In this document: piece by piece, positions 20,153-31,885 of the stretch
Position numbering within the stretch: the first letter of the stretch is position 1
Layout of the letters: each line of letters begins with the position of its first letter
Assembly (NCBI GenBank): GCA_042408215.1
Contig: JAYFMW010000012.1
Location: 28,248-92,247, forward strand
Origin: Microcoleus sp.
Lineage (GTDB): Bacteria > Cyanobacteriota > Cyanobacteriia > Cyanobacteriales > Microcoleaceae
Length of the DNA stretch: 64,000 bases
Reading direction: 5' to 3'
The notes under the pieces: model-generated
What the model was told of the DNA's origin: nothing
Database searches by the model: none
The model's input: only the letters and a program-made list of their open reading frames with translations
Program-made: the position numbers and the translations under genes

Positions 20153-21700
20153 TTGACACTCCCCGGTCTAAAGACACGGGGATTCTTAAGGACAAACTTT
20201 GGGGGATGAATCCGCCCAAAGCTTAATTCTCAAAGGGTTAGTCAGAAACCCCCTACCCACTCGCTCAAGAATTGAGTCTATGGCTACTTTTGACTTTCTA
20301 ATGATATTAGCAGCACCGTTAACATCTGCATTGATTAACAACCCAGCGCTAGAACAGTACAATCCTCTTTTGATTCTTTTACCCGATGGTTGCCAATTGT
20401 CAGGTTTTTCACCGACTTTTACTGGCAAAATATCTCGGTCTAAAAAACTTGCTTTTGATGTGTAAGATTCATCTTGTTCGACAAATCGCCACCCCTTTAA
20501 GTCGCATTCTTGTTGGAGCCTTTCTTTGACTTTAGCAGTGGGTATTTGGACAAAGTTCTGATTAGTCACGACCCCCATATTAACATCTTGTTTCTGTCCC
20601 TTGTTCCAGCCAAAGACTAAGACATTGATTTGGCGATCTTCGCAATAATCTACGATGGTTCTCACTGCTTTGTTGACAGCATCTCTCATCCTTCTAGTGC
20701 GAGTTTCCGACAACTGTTGTAATCTTTTTGACGAGAAACCTTTGGGTAATTTATGTATTGCGTGTTCTGATTGAACTCTCGCTTTTTCTTTGTTAAACCA
20801 TTGGTTCCAAGACTTGAGTCTATGTCCATCAATAATGAAAGGTTTACCATTGCTAGAGACACAAGTTAACCAGTTATTGATGCCGTGATCTATTCCCAAA
20901 ACCCCTGTTACTTCCAGGCTACAACTAGGAGCTTGTTCAGTCAGAGATTCGTAGACGTATTCGACCCATACCGCACCATTTCTAGGGATTAACCTGAGTT
21001 CTTCGATCTGGCAATTCTTGATCCGTTCAGGTAGCGGAACCCAAAGCGCATCTTTCCCAAAGTATTCTTTTCCTTTTTTCCCCAGGGGTAATCTGACTTT
21101 ATTTCCAATTACCTTTAATGCTTGACCGGGATATGAAACAGGGTACATTCCTCCTTTAGTTCTATACTTTGGTAGTCTCGGTTTTTGATGGATTTCTCCT
21201 TGATTTGCCAACTTCTCTAAGGCTCGGAAAGAAGTAAAAGATTCTGCGACAGATTTAAGAGATTGTTGGGCAACTTGAGAGTATAGCAACCCGTAATTTT
21301 CGTTGGTTTTGGCTATTTTATACAAATCTGGATATTTAACTACGCTTGGGTTCTTAAAGTATCGTTGCCGACTTTCGTAAGTTCCGACATTAAACAGATT
21401 ATTTGACCATCTCAAGAGTTGTTCGACAATGGTTTTGTCGAGTCCTTTTAAATGCCAAACATCTTTTTGTACTGCGTACATTTAACTTACTGGCTATTGT
21501 GACACCAGGTTTAGTATAGATCGTGAATTAACAAGTTAATTAATCCTAAACAAATCTTTACCTTGGTCTCAATTGCTAGAAGGATTTGTCCGGGGACGGT
21601 TAAACATTATGTTATATTGAAACTTACGAACAGGCAGGATAAATCCTGCCACGCCCTTTCATCCCTGGACTAAAGTCACAGGGTTTTCAGGGTATTTCTT
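20153..21700 (-). mobile_element. tnpB: IS200/IS605 (IS1341-type) element carrying tnpB (CDS 20186..21481)
   Basis: GIDHGINN, DESYTSK, NADVNGAANI; right end ...GGGGAGTGTCAA, left-end hairpin, TTTAT target flank at 21701-21705. Confidence 0.9.
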
Positions 21701-21829
21701 ATAAATCGCACAACATTTCGACAGAGCGCCTCCTAGCTGGATCGGGAGCTAGATAGCTCATCCTTGACTTTCTGGTAAAATGTTGCAAGATAGAGGCAAG
21801 CGCCACGTAGGTGTCTGCAAGAAAAAAAC

Positions 21830-24800
21830 ATGAATCCTCAAAAGTCTTCCCAGAAATCCCAACCCAAAGCCGCTCTGGAAGCCGAGGGAAAGCTACAAAA
21901 CGATCGAGACGAATTATTTCCCGTCGTCGGGATTGGAGCCTCTGCGGGAGGATTGGAAGCCTTTACCCAATTACTGAGCCATTTGCCGATCGATACAGGC
22001 ATGGCGTTTGCGATAATTCAGCATATGTCGCCAGATCAGGAAAGTATGTTGAGTGTGATTCTGGCTCGATCGACCCAGATGGCTGTGCATGAGGTGGCAG
22101 ATGGGATGGCTGTAGCACCGAATCAAGTATACGTCATCCCCCCGAATGTCGGCATGACTATCGATCGAGGGGTGCTGAAGCTAACGCCTCGCAGCAGAGG
22201 AAGCGGGATATTTATGTCCGTCGATACTTTTCTGGTTTCCCTCGCCACAGAACGGGGGAACAAAGCCATCGGCGTCGTTCTGTCCGGGGCCGACGGCGAT
22301 GGTTCCCGAGGATTAGCAGCGATTAAGGCCGCAGGCGGTATTACTTTTGCCCAATCTGAAGCATCGGCACAAGTCAGCAATATGCCGAATACTGCGGTGG
22401 CTACTGGTCAGGTAGACTTCATCTTGACCCCGCAAAAAATTGCCCAGAAGATCGCCGAAATCAGCCGTCATCCCTACATTGTCGATCGGCCCAACGACTC
22501 CGCTCAGGGGCCTGGAAGTGGAAGGGCTCAGGGGCCTGGAAGTGGAAGGGATCGGGAACCGCCTGGGAAAAAATCGATCGCCTCCTCGCTGGCGATCGAA
22601 AATAAAGAGGCGATCGCCACGATCTACAGTTTGCTGCGCGTGGCTACAGGAGTTGACTTTACCCACTACAAGCAAACCACCTTGAAGCGACGGATACAGC
22701 GACGGATGTTGCTGTATAAGCTGGAACGGATCGAAGAATATGCCCAATATCTCCAAAACAATCCGACAGAAGTAACGGCGTTGTATCACGATGTCTTAAT
22801 TCATGTCACCAGCTTTTTCCGTGACTCCGAAAGCTTTGAAGCATTAAGCAGCAAGGTTTTTCCCGAAATCGTCAAAGATAAATTGTCGCAAACACCGATC
22901 CGAATTTGGATTGCTGGCTGTTCCACGGGCGAAGAAGCTTACTCGATCGCCATCTGCTTGCTAGAGTTTTTAGCAGAACGAGCTACTCATCTGCCAATTC
23001 AGATTTATGCGACAGACATCTGTGAGACTGCGATCGCCAAGGCCCGCACCGGATTTTATACAGCTAGCCAAGTCGCGGATGTTTCACCCGAACGTCTGCA
23101 TCGGTTCTTTGTTCAAGTCGAGGGCGGATACCAAATCGGTAAGCAGGTGCGCGAACTCTGTGTCTTTGCTAGACAAAACCTGATTAGCGATCCGCCGTTT
23201 TCCCGGATGGATTTGATTAGCTGTCGGAATGTGCTGATCTATCTGGGAACCCAGTTGCAGAAAAAGCTGCTCCCAATATTCCACTATGGGCTTGTGTCCG
23301 GGGGCTTTTTGCTGTTAGGTTCTTCGGAAACGATCGGTGATTGTTCAGAATTGTTTACGCTCTTCGACAAAAAGCACAAACTTTATACCAAAAAAGAGCT
23401 ATCCCATCGGCTCAGGATTGATTTAACGGCCAGCAACTATCCTCTGACAGTCATCAACTCTGCACCAATGGTGACCGAAACCTTGAACGACATCGAAATG
23501 GAGAAAGAGGCCGATCGAATCGTTTTAAATCAATACGCCCCAGTCGGTGTCGTGATTAACAGCGTCAGCGAGATTCTGCAATTTCGAGGACAGACGAGCG
23601 CCTACCTAGAACCGGCTCCCGGTAAGGCGAGCTTTAACCTGCTGAAAATGGCAAAAGAAGGATTGCGCCTCGCACTACGCACTGCAATTCAACAAGCAAA
23701 ACAGCAGCATTTGGCTGTTGAACGTACTGGCTTGCAAATTACAGAAGGCGAAAGCATTCGGCTCGTCAGAATCAATGTGATTCCATTCCAAGCAGGCGCT
23801 GTGTCAAAAGACCATTTTTTAGTTTTGTTTCAAGACGAACCGCCACGACCTGCTTCTTTGGAGGCTGCGGACGATGGTAGTGTCAACTCCGAGTCGCAAA
23901 CGGGTCAAAGTCAGGAGATGGCGAGGCTCCAACAGGAACTGAAAACGACAAAAGAGCACCTGGAATCGATCGTCCAGGAGCATCAAGCCGCTAACCAAGA
24001 TTTGAGAGCAGCCAACGAGGAGATTTTGTCGAGCAACGAAGAGTTGCAAAGCATGAATGAGGAATTGGAAACTGCTCAAGAAGAGATTCAAGCAACCAAT
24101 GAAGAACTGAACACGATTAATGAGGAACTGCAACGGCGCAATGTTGAATCAACTAATGTCAGTAACGATTTACAGAATCTGCTCAGCAGCATCAATATTC
24201 CCATCCTGATGGTGTCCAGCGACCTGCGTATCCGCCGGTTTACTCCCGCAGTCGAAGGCATCTTCAACTTGATTTATACCGATGTCGGGCGCTCTTTGAG
24301 TGACATCACCCACAAGTTGAATTTGCCGGACTTAGAGCAACAGATTTTAGAGGTGATTCGCACGCTCCATTGGAAAGTTCAGGAGGTTCAAGATCGAGAC
24401 GGTCATTGGTATGATTTGCGGATTCGACCCTATCGGACGATCGACAACAAGATTGACGGGGCTGTGGTGTTGTTGGTGGATATCGACCAACTCAAACAGA
24501 GCACCCAGCAGTTGATGGAAGCCAAAATTTACGCCGAAACCATCGTGGAAACCGTGCGGGAACCATTGCTAGTGCTAGATCTAAACCTGCGGGCGATCGG
24601 CGCCAATCATGCTTTCTACCAAAAGTTTCAGGTTCAGCCCATCCAAACAGAGCACCGCTCGATCTTCGAACTGGGTAATGGACAGTGGAATATTCAGTCC
24701 TTGCGATCGCTCCTAGAAGCAATTCTGGCAGGCCGGGGGGAGTTTCAAGATTTTGAGGTCGAGCATGACTTTGAGCAGATTGGGCATAAAATAATGGTGC

Positions 24801-26098
24801 TCAATGCCCGCAAAATGCCTCCGATCGGCGAGACTCAGATGATTCTGTTGGCGATCGAGGATATCACCGAGCAAAAACGGTTGGAGACAGAGCGCTGCTT
24901 CCTGATCCAAGAACAATCGGCTCGTGTGGCGGCAGAGGCCGCCAACCGCGCCAAAGATGAGTTTTTGTCCATCCTCTCTCACGAACTGCGGACGCCGCTC
25001 AATGCGATGATTGGCTGGGCACAGTTGCTGCGGATGCAAAAATTTGACGCGGCTCAAACCGATCACGCGCTAAAAACGATCGAGCGCAGCGCCAAAGCAC
25101 AAAACCAGCTCATCGAAGACATCTTAGACATTTCGCGGATTACCACAGGCCAGTTTCAGCTCAACCCTTCTGAAATTGAGCTGAATCCTCTGATGGAAAA
25201 TGCGATCGGGGTGGTTCGTTTGGCAGCATCAGCCAAAAATCTTCAAATTGAATCCAGGCTAAGTCCTTTAAAACAAACCCTGTTGGGCGATCCAAACCGC
25301 TTACAACAGGTGCTGTGGAATTTACTTTCAAACGCGATTAAATTCACCCCAGCCGGAGGAAGAATTGACATCACATTAGACTACATTGATGGCATGGCTC
25401 AAATCCAAATTAGCGATACTGGTAAGGGCATTGGCGCTGATTTTCTCCCCTATGTGTTCGATCGCTTCCGTCAGGCGGATAGTAGCTACTCTCGCAGAGA
25501 CTCTGGATTAGGGCTAGGACTCTCCATAGTCCGTCATTTAGTAGAGCTGCACGGCGGTACTGTGGAGGCATCAAGTTCTGGTGAAGGACAAGGATCAACG
25601 TTTACCGTCAGGTTGCCGCTACCAAAAGACATAGAAGAAAGTTCGACCCAGAGACTTTTAGAAGCAGTAGATTCCCCAAAAGAACCCCCTGAGCCGGTTG
25701 ACATTCCATCCTTGGCTGGTATAAAAGTTCTGGTTGTGGATGACGAATTAGATATGCGTCTGTTATTCACAACAATGCTGGAGCAGTATGGAGTTGAAGC
25801 TCACGCAGTTGCATCCACAACTGAGGCCCTCGACCTGTTGAGGGCAAATCCTGAGCAATATGATGTGCTGTTGTCTGATATCGGAATGCCGGAGCAAGAC
25901 GGTTATTCGCTAATTCGTCAGATTCGGGCACTGGGTGCCGAGGCTGGGGGACAAATTCCTGCCGCCGCCCTCACCGCCTATGCTAGAGATGACGATCTGC
26001 GAAGGGCGATCGTCGCGGGTTTTCAGATGCATGTCGCTAAACCGGTTCTGTCAGCTCAATTGGCACGGATCGTGGCTTCTTTGGCTGGGCGAATTTAA
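21830..26098 (+). CDS. CheB-CheR-PAS hybrid histidine kinase with receiver domain
   Basis: GIGASAGGLEA (CheB), AGCSTGEEAYS/CRNVLIY (CheR), coiled coil, PAS, SHELRTPL H-box, GLGLGL G2, C-terminal receiver. Confidence 0.95.
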   Translation: MNPQKSSQKSQPKAALEAEGKLQNDRDELFPVVGIGASAGGLEAFTQLLSHLPIDTGMAFAIIQHMSPDQESMLSVILARSTQMAVHEVADGMAVAPNQVYVIPPNVGMTIDRGVLKLTPRSRGSGIFMSVDTFLVSLATERGNKAIGVVLSGADGDGSRGLAAIKAAGGITFAQSEASAQVSNMPNTAVATGQVDFILTPQKIAQKIAEISRHPYIVDRPNDSAQGPGSGRAQGPGSGRDREPPGKKSIASSLAIENKEAIATIYSLLRVATGVDFTHYKQTTLKRRIQRRMLLYKLERIEEYAQYLQNNPTEVTALYHDVLIHVTSFFRDSESFEALSSKVFPEIVKDKLSQTPIRIWIAGCSTGEEAYSIAICLLEFLAERATHLPIQIYATDICETAIAKARTGFYTASQVADVSPERLHRFFVQVEGGYQIGKQVRELCVFARQNLISDPPFSRMDLISCRNVLIYLGTQLQKKLLPIFHYGLVSGGFLLLGSSETIGDCSELFTLFDKKHKLYTKKELSHRLRIDLTASNYPLTVINSAPMVTETLNDIEMEKEADRIVLNQYAPVGVVINSVSEILQFRGQTSAYLEPAPGKASFNLLKMAKEGLRLALRTAIQQAKQQHLAVERTGLQITEGESIRLVRINVIPFQAGAVSKDHFLVLFQDEPPRPASLEAADDGSVNSESQTGQSQEMARLQQELKTTKEHLESIVQEHQAANQDLRAANEEILSSNEELQSMNEELETAQEEIQATNEELNTINEELQRRNVESTNVSNDLQNLLSSINIPILMVSSDLRIRRFTPAVEGIFNLIYTDVGRSLSDITHKLNLPDLEQQILEVIRTLHWKVQEVQDRDGHWYDLRIRPYRTIDNKIDGAVVLLVDIDQLKQSTQQLMEAKIYAETIVETVREPLLVLDLNLRAIGANHAFYQKFQVQPIQTEHRSIFELGNGQWNIQSLRSLLEAILAGRGEFQDFEVEHDFEQIGHKIMVLNARKMPPIGETQMILLAIEDITEQKRLETERCFLIQEQSARVAAEAANRAKDEFLSILSHELRTPLNAMIGWAQLLRMQKFDAAQTDHALKTIERSAKAQNQLIEDILDISRITTGQFQLNPSEIELNPLMENAIGVVRLAASAKNLQIESRLSPLKQTLLGDPNRLQQVLWNLLSNAIKFTPAGGRIDITLDYIDGMAQIQISDTGKGIGADFLPYVFDRFRQADSSYSRRDSGLGLGLSIVRHLVELHGGTVEASSSGEGQGSTFTVRLPLPKDIEESSTQRLLEAVDSPKEPPEPVDIPSLAGIKVLVVDDELDMRLLFTTMLEQYGVEAHAVASTTEALDLLRANPEQYDVLLSDIGMPEQDGYSLIRQIRALGAEAGGQIPAAALTAYARDDDLRRAIVAGFQMHVAKPVLSAQLARIVASLAGRI

Positions 26099-26119
26099 AC
26101 TTAAAAAACCGGAAATCAG

Positions 26120-27656
26120 ATCGGGGCACGGCGCCCTGTCCATTGGTGTCAACTTAACATCAAACCCAGTTAGAGACTACTGTTTGACTATTAAATCTAG
26201 ATCCCCCCGCATTCTTGCCCCCTACTCCCCCTTAAGAAGGGGGGGACAAGATTCTTCTCTTTCGTCCCCCCTACTCAACCCCTACTCCCCTTAAGAAGGG
26301 GGGGACAAGATTCTTCTCTTTCGTCCCCCCTACTCAACCCCTACTCAACCCCTACTCCCCTTAAGAAGGGGGGGACAGGAGTCCGATCTTTCGTCACCCC
26401 CTACTCACCCCCTACTCCCCAACAACCAGGGGGGGACAAGAGTCTTCTCTTTCGTCCCCCCTACTCAACCCCTACTCCCTTCTTAAGGGGGGGGACAGGA
26501 GTCTTCTCAAAGTCCCCCTTCTTAAGGGGGATTTAGGGGGATCTAGACTATGCTACAAGCGAGATTTCTCAAAGGTTTTAGGCGATTGTTGACAGGAAGA
26601 AGGGCACGGTGCCGTATCCAGAGTTGCCGGCGAGTCAGATGGATTATTTTAGGGTAGGGAAAGGGCTTTGCCCATTGGTGTCAACTTAAGCTCAAACCCT
26701 GTCAGAGACTGCTGTTTGACTATTAAATCTAGATCCCCCCTAGCCCCCCTTAAGAAGGGGGGGACAGGAGTCTTCTCAAAGTCACCCCCTACTCACACCC
26801 TACTCCCTTCTTAAGGGGGGGGACAGGAGTCTTCTCAAAGTCACCCCCTACTCACACCCTACTCCCTTCTTAAGGGGGATGCGAGGGGGATCTAGACTAT
26901 GCTACACGCGAGATTTCTCAAAGGTTTTAGGCGATTGTTGACAGGAAGAAGGGCACGGTGCCGTATCCAGAGTTGCCGGCGAGTCAGATGGATTATTTTA
27001 GGGTAGGGAAAGGGCTTTGCCCATTGGTGTCAGCTTAACGTCAAACCCAGTCAGAGACTGCTGTTTGATTATTAAGGCCAGATCCCCCCTAGCCCCCCTT
27101 AAGAAGGGGGGGACAAGAGTCCGATCAAAGTCCCCCTTCTTAAGGGGGGGGACAGGAGTCTTCTCAAAGTCCCCCTTCTTAAGGGGGATTTAGGGGGATC
27201 TAGACTATGCTACAACCGAGATTTCTCAAAGGTTTTAGGCGATTGTTGACAGGAAGAAGGGCACGGTGCCGTATCCAGAGTTGCCGGCGAGTCAGATGGA
27301 TTATTTTGGGGTAGGGAAAGGGCTTTGCCCATTGGTGTCAGCTTAACGTCAAACCCAGTCAGAGACTGCTGTTTGACTATTAAGGCCAGATCCCCCCTAG
27401 CCCCCCTTAAGAAGGGGGGGACAAGATTCCGATCAAAGTCCCCCTTCTTAAGGGGGGGGACAGGAGTCTTCTCAAAGTCACCCCCTACTCCCCTTCTTAA
27501 GGGGGATTTAGGGGGATCTAGACTATGCTACACGCGAGATTTCTCAAAGGTTTTAGGCGATTGTTGACAGGAAGAAGGGCACGGTGCCGTATCCAGAGTT
27601 GCCGGCGAGTCAGATGGATTATTTTGGGGTAGGGAAACGGCTTTGCCGTATCCTAA
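26120..27656. repeat. Four tandem composite MITE units (about 310-530 bp) rich in CCCCCTTAAGAAGGGGG palindromes
   Basis: CCATTGGTGTCA unit starts at about 26140, 26672, 27021 and 27329; shared tail TTGTTGACAGGAAGAAGGGCACGG... Confidence 0.9.
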
Positions 27657-27657
27657 C

Positions 27658-30600
27658 TTACTCGATCGGAAGGGCGATCGTAAATTCCGTCCCTTCTCCT
27701 AATACCGAATCACAAATCAATGTTCCGCCGTGGGTTTCTCCCACAATTTGTCGGCTAATCGACAATCCTAACCCCGTACCTTTCCCGACTCCTTTAGTCG
27801 TAAATAAGTCGTCAAAAACTCGCGCTTTCACTACTTCTGGTATTCCTTGCCCATTGTCTTTAATTTTAATTACGATACTTTGACAATCATCACTAATTTC
27901 AGTCCCGACAGTAATCGTATTAGGCTTGGCTTTCAGTTCCGCAAAACTCAGTCCTTGATTTGATTCTTCTAGGGCATCGATCGCATTGGCCACCAGATTC
28001 ATAAATACCTGATTAAGTTGTCCGGGGAAACATTGTATTAGCGGCAAGTCGCCGTATTTTTTGATGATTTTAATTTCCGGGCGCTGTTCATTTGCTTTGA
28101 GGCGATATTTCAAAATTAGCAACGTGCTGTCTATGCCTTCATGGATGTTGCAGGCCACTTTGCGATCGTAATCAGCCCTTGAGAAAGTACGCAGGCTAGT
28201 GCTGATATTGCGAATGCGATCGATCGCCACTTTCATCGAGCTAAATATCTTCGGCAAATCTTCGGTTAAAAACTCCAACTCAATATTTTCTGCACTCTCC
28301 TCTATGGCTGGTAACGGTTCGGGATAGCAGCGCTGATAGCATTCCAAATGTTTGAAAATGTATTCTATGTATTCTTCTATATTGGTGATACTACCATTGA
28401 GAAAGCCGATCGGATTGTTAATTTCGTGGGCAACTCCGGCAACTAAATTCCCCAGGGCAGACATTTTTTCACTTTGGATTAATTGAGTTTGAGCTTTTCG
28501 CAGGTCTTGCAAAGCATTTTCTAAATGTTCGTTCTGTGCTTGCGCCATTACTTTTGCCAGCGTCCGTTCCGTAGCATCAACGCCTAAACCAATAATCCCG
28601 ATCGCGTTGCCTTGCGGATCTTTAATTTTGGTTTTTGTCACTTCCACATTGTGAATTTTTCCGTCCACAAATGGCAGCAATTCTACAGAAAAATGCGGCG
28701 TTTCTTGAGCTAGGCAGGCACTGTCTGAAGCTTGGCAGTTGGCTGCTATTTCGTCGCCTAAAAAGTCTCGGTAATGTTCTGATTCGATAAAACGAATTGC
28801 CGGAATTCCCACATTTTCGCAGAAGGTTTTGTTCACGAACTGAATCTGATTTTTGAGATTGCTCATCCAAATCCAAATCGGAGCAGCATTGAGAATTGCT
28901 TTCAGGGTTTCTTGTTGCTCTGCAAGTTGGGTTTCCGACTTCCGCAAGGCATTTTCAACTTGTTTGCGATCGCTGATATCTCGCACAATGGACAATGCGT
29001 GGGGTTTGCCATTGTAGATGTATGGAGTTGCTTTTACCTCAACGTCAAGCAGAGTCCCGTCTTTGCGGATGATAACTGCTTCGCAACAGAAATCCTCACC
29101 CGCTTGAATAACTTCGATGAATTCGCCAAATAAATGTAGCGAGTCTGGATGTATGTAATCTGTCGGTTCCAGATTTAACCATTCCTGGGCTTGGTAGCCG
29201 TACATCCGGCTATTCGCTGAATTCGTGTCGATAAATTTGTTGGTTTCCAAGTCGCAGATTGTTAGCCCGTCATTGGCTGCTTCAAAAACGCTGCGGTACT
29301 GCGATTCTTGTTGCCGCAAGGCTGACTCGGCTTGTTTGCGATCGCTAATATCCCGCAAAATTGCCAATCCGTGACGCCGGCCATTGTAAGTACAAGTCGT
29401 TGCGAAAATTTCCAAATCGAAAATGGTACCATCTTTGCGTATATTGATAACTTGACATTGGAAAGGTTTGTTCGTCCGCAGAGTTTCGAGAGAGGATGCG
29501 AACAGGGACAAACTGTCAGGATGAACGTAATCGGTAGGGGCTAAGCGGACAAATTCGTCATAGGAATAGCCGTAGATGCGAAGCACTGCTGGATTGACTT
29601 CAACGATTTCTCCCGTATCCAAATCGTTGATATAAAGGCCATCGGTGACGGATTCAAAAATGCTGCGATATTGTTCTTTTTGGTGTGCCAGTTGAACTTG
29701 AGTTTGTTGCAGTTCAAGTAAAGATTGCTGCAACTGCTTGGAGTTTTGTTGTTCGCGAGCATAAAGACGGGCATTCTTGATGGCGATGGCCGCCTGGGAT
29801 GTGAGGAGTTGCAGCAATTCCAAGCGGGCGATCGTGAAAGCACCTATTGTTAGATTGTTTTCGAGATAAAAGATGCCGATTAACTTACCTTGATAAAAAA
29901 TTGGAGCGCACACCGCCGACTTGGGTTGCTGGCGTTGGATGTAAGGATCGGTTTGGTAATTTTCTTCAGCAGCGAGATTGTTGACAACTACAGGCTTTTG
30001 AGTTATGGCGACGTCATTTATTAGCGAAATTGGCACGTCTTCGCTGGTTTCAACGGGTGTAGATTCCAGGACAATCTCACCAAAATCTTGACCGCAATCA
30101 ATGGCTTCAATAAATAGGCGATCGGACTTTTTCAAAATCAGACAGCCCTTTTCAGCGCCTGCACTTTCTAGAAGGATGTGCAGAAGAGTGCGGGGTAAAT
30201 TATCTGAAGTAATTTCGCTCTGGATGGCGACTGACGCTTTCACGATCGCGACTAAATCTAGAATCCTGCTGCTGGTTGTTGTGCAGCTTGTTACCTGTGC
30301 GATGCTACTTGCAGCCGCTTGTTCGGAATAATCTGCTTTATTTTGGGTGGCGAATATCAGCTCAGGATATTGTTGTTTCAAATGTTTTGCTTTGGCAGTA
30401 TCGACGGAGCGAGCGTAACTGAAATAAGCATCAGTCATGTACGCTTTGGCAATCTTTTTCTTGCCGATTTCTAGATAGAATTTAGCAGCGATTTCATTGA
30501 CTAATGCTTCTGCTTCGATGCAACCGTTTTCGACGGCTCCTTGAATTGCCCGATCGTACAATTCCATCGCTTCATAAGTTTGTCCCAACATCCGACAGCG

Positions 30601-31230
30601 TTCGGCTGCTGCCAAATCGTCCTTGTACTGAAAATTTACCGGGGTATTCTCGGCCCAATAATTCATGTTTTCTAGATCGGCGACCATCTTACCTGTAGTT
30701 AGAAATTTGTCAAAACATTGCTGCAAATCTGCCAACAGTCCCTGGACACTATGATAACGGTATTCGGGATTTTTTGCCATCATTTTCGCGACAAGTTTTG
30801 CGATCGCGTCCGGTATTTCAGGATTGAATTGCTGCACGGATACAGGTTGCTTAGCCAGATCACCGTAAACGAACTCAAGAGGGTAATTGCTTTGAAAAGG
30901 CAACTGTCCCGCCAGCATTTCATAAAAAGTAACGCCGAGAGCATAGAAGTCGCTCAGGTAGTGGAGGGTGCGGTTCATTCTCCCTGTTTGTTCCGGCGAC
31001 ATATAAGCCTGGGTTCCTTGGCTTTGGTCGGGATTCAGCGGTGCCCCAGTTTCTTGACTGACGCGGGAAGCAATGGTATAATCAGTCAGTTTAACAATTC
31101 CGCTAATCGGGTTAATAATAATATTGGCTGGTTTAATATCTTTATGAATAAGGTCGTGTTTGTGTACATATATCAAAGCTTGTCCTAGTTGCACCGCAAT
31201 CTTCAAAAAAAGCGACAGTTTTTGAGTCAT
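27658..31230 (-). CDS. Truncated Ser/Thr kinase C-lobe-GAF-3xPAS histidine kinase (HstK-type, AAA region absent)
   Basis: HKDIKPANI, YMSPEQTGRMNR, GAF, three PAS-like blocks, AHEINNP H-box, GTGLGL. Confidence 0.85.
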   Translation of the reverse strand: MTQKLSLFLKIAVQLGQALIYVHKHDLIHKDIKPANIIINPISGIVKLTDYTIASRVSQETGAPLNPDQSQGTQAYMSPEQTGRMNRTLHYLSDFYALGVTFYEMLAGQLPFQSNYPLEFVYGDLAKQPVSVQQFNPEIPDAIAKLVAKMMAKNPEYRYHSVQGLLADLQQCFDKFLTTGKMVADLENMNYWAENTPVNFQYKDDLAAAERCRMLGQTYEAMELYDRAIQGAVENGCIEAEALVNEIAAKFYLEIGKKKIAKAYMTDAYFSYARSVDTAKAKHLKQQYPELIFATQNKADYSEQAAASSIAQVTSCTTTSSRILDLVAIVKASVAIQSEITSDNLPRTLLHILLESAGAEKGCLILKKSDRLFIEAIDCGQDFGEIVLESTPVETSEDVPISLINDVAITQKPVVVNNLAAEENYQTDPYIQRQQPKSAVCAPIFYQGKLIGIFYLENNLTIGAFTIARLELLQLLTSQAAIAIKNARLYAREQQNSKQLQQSLLELQQTQVQLAHQKEQYRSIFESVTDGLYINDLDTGEIVEVNPAVLRIYGYSYDEFVRLAPTDYVHPDSLSLFASSLETLRTNKPFQCQVINIRKDGTIFDLEIFATTCTYNGRRHGLAILRDISDRKQAESALRQQESQYRSVFEAANDGLTICDLETNKFIDTNSANSRMYGYQAQEWLNLEPTDYIHPDSLHLFGEFIEVIQAGEDFCCEAVIIRKDGTLLDVEVKATPYIYNGKPHALSIVRDISDRKQVENALRKSETQLAEQQETLKAILNAAPIWIWMSNLKNQIQFVNKTFCENVGIPAIRFIESEHYRDFLGDEIAANCQASDSACLAQETPHFSVELLPFVDGKIHNVEVTKTKIKDPQGNAIGIIGLGVDATERTLAKVMAQAQNEHLENALQDLRKAQTQLIQSEKMSALGNLVAGVAHEINNPIGFLNGSITNIEEYIEYIFKHLECYQRCYPEPLPAIEESAENIELEFLTEDLPKIFSSMKVAIDRIRNISTSLRTFSRADYDRKVACNIHEGIDSTLLILKYRLKANEQRPEIKIIKKYGDLPLIQCFPGQLNQVFMNLVANAIDALEESNQGLSFAELKAKPNTITVGTEISDDCQSIVIKIKDNGQGIPEVVKARVFDDLFTTKGVGKGTGLGLSISRQIVGETHGGTLICDSVLGEGTEFTIALPIE

Positions 31231-31454
31231 CGTTCCTGACTCGCCTCTGTTACTGTCATTCTCGGATTACTTGATTCGGTTCATGTTGTCAATAATACTC
31301 CCCCGGAGCGATCGCCCGCCGTCTCCGACGGCTGAAGCAGTCTCGCCTTTGTTCAGAAAGATGTCAGTAAGCCATAGCTGAATCAGGGGGGTTAGGGCGA
31401 TCGAAACTTGGCTGTAAACGAGATTTATATCAATTCCGGTTGCACCGTCAGGTG

Positions 31455-31555
31455 ATTGTTGACGGTTGACGGTTGACGGTTGACGGTTGACGGTTGACAG
31501 TTAACAGTTAACAGTTAACAGTTAACAGTTAACAGTTAACAGTTAACAGTTAACT
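31455..31555. repeat. STRR tract (GTTGACG)n/(GTTAACA)n
   Basis: Visible 7-bp repeats. Confidence 0.95.
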
Positions 31556-31590
31556 CAAATTTACTATTCCGATGAAGAGAGGATTTGATA

Positions 31591-31833
31591 TTACTTGTTT
31601 TGCTGAGAGTCTAAAATTCCGCTAGACAGCATCAATCTCGGCCAAACCAACAAGAAAAAACCCATCCAAGCCAATAACGGTATCGCCACTAAAACAGTAA
31701 TCCAAACAGTTTTCAAGAAAAACCAACTCCCGCAAATCAGGCTAATTCCTGTTAAAAGGATCGACCAAGGCTGACACCACCAAGGTTTATAATTCCAAGG
31801 ACTAACAGGTTTTTCTTCAGAAATAGATTTCAT
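31591..31833 (-). CDS. Small conserved cyanobacterial membrane protein (DUF6737-like)
   Basis: WNYKPWWCQPWSILLTG motif plus two TM segments. Confidence 0.75.
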   Translation of the reverse strand: MKSISEEKPVSPWNYKPWWCQPWSILLTGISLICGSWFFLKTVWITVLVAIPLLAWMGFFLLVWPRLMLSSGILDSQQNK

Positions 31834-31885
31834 AATTTCAGTGAGTTTTTATAGATCATATCAGAGTTAGCTCAATTAACCTAAT

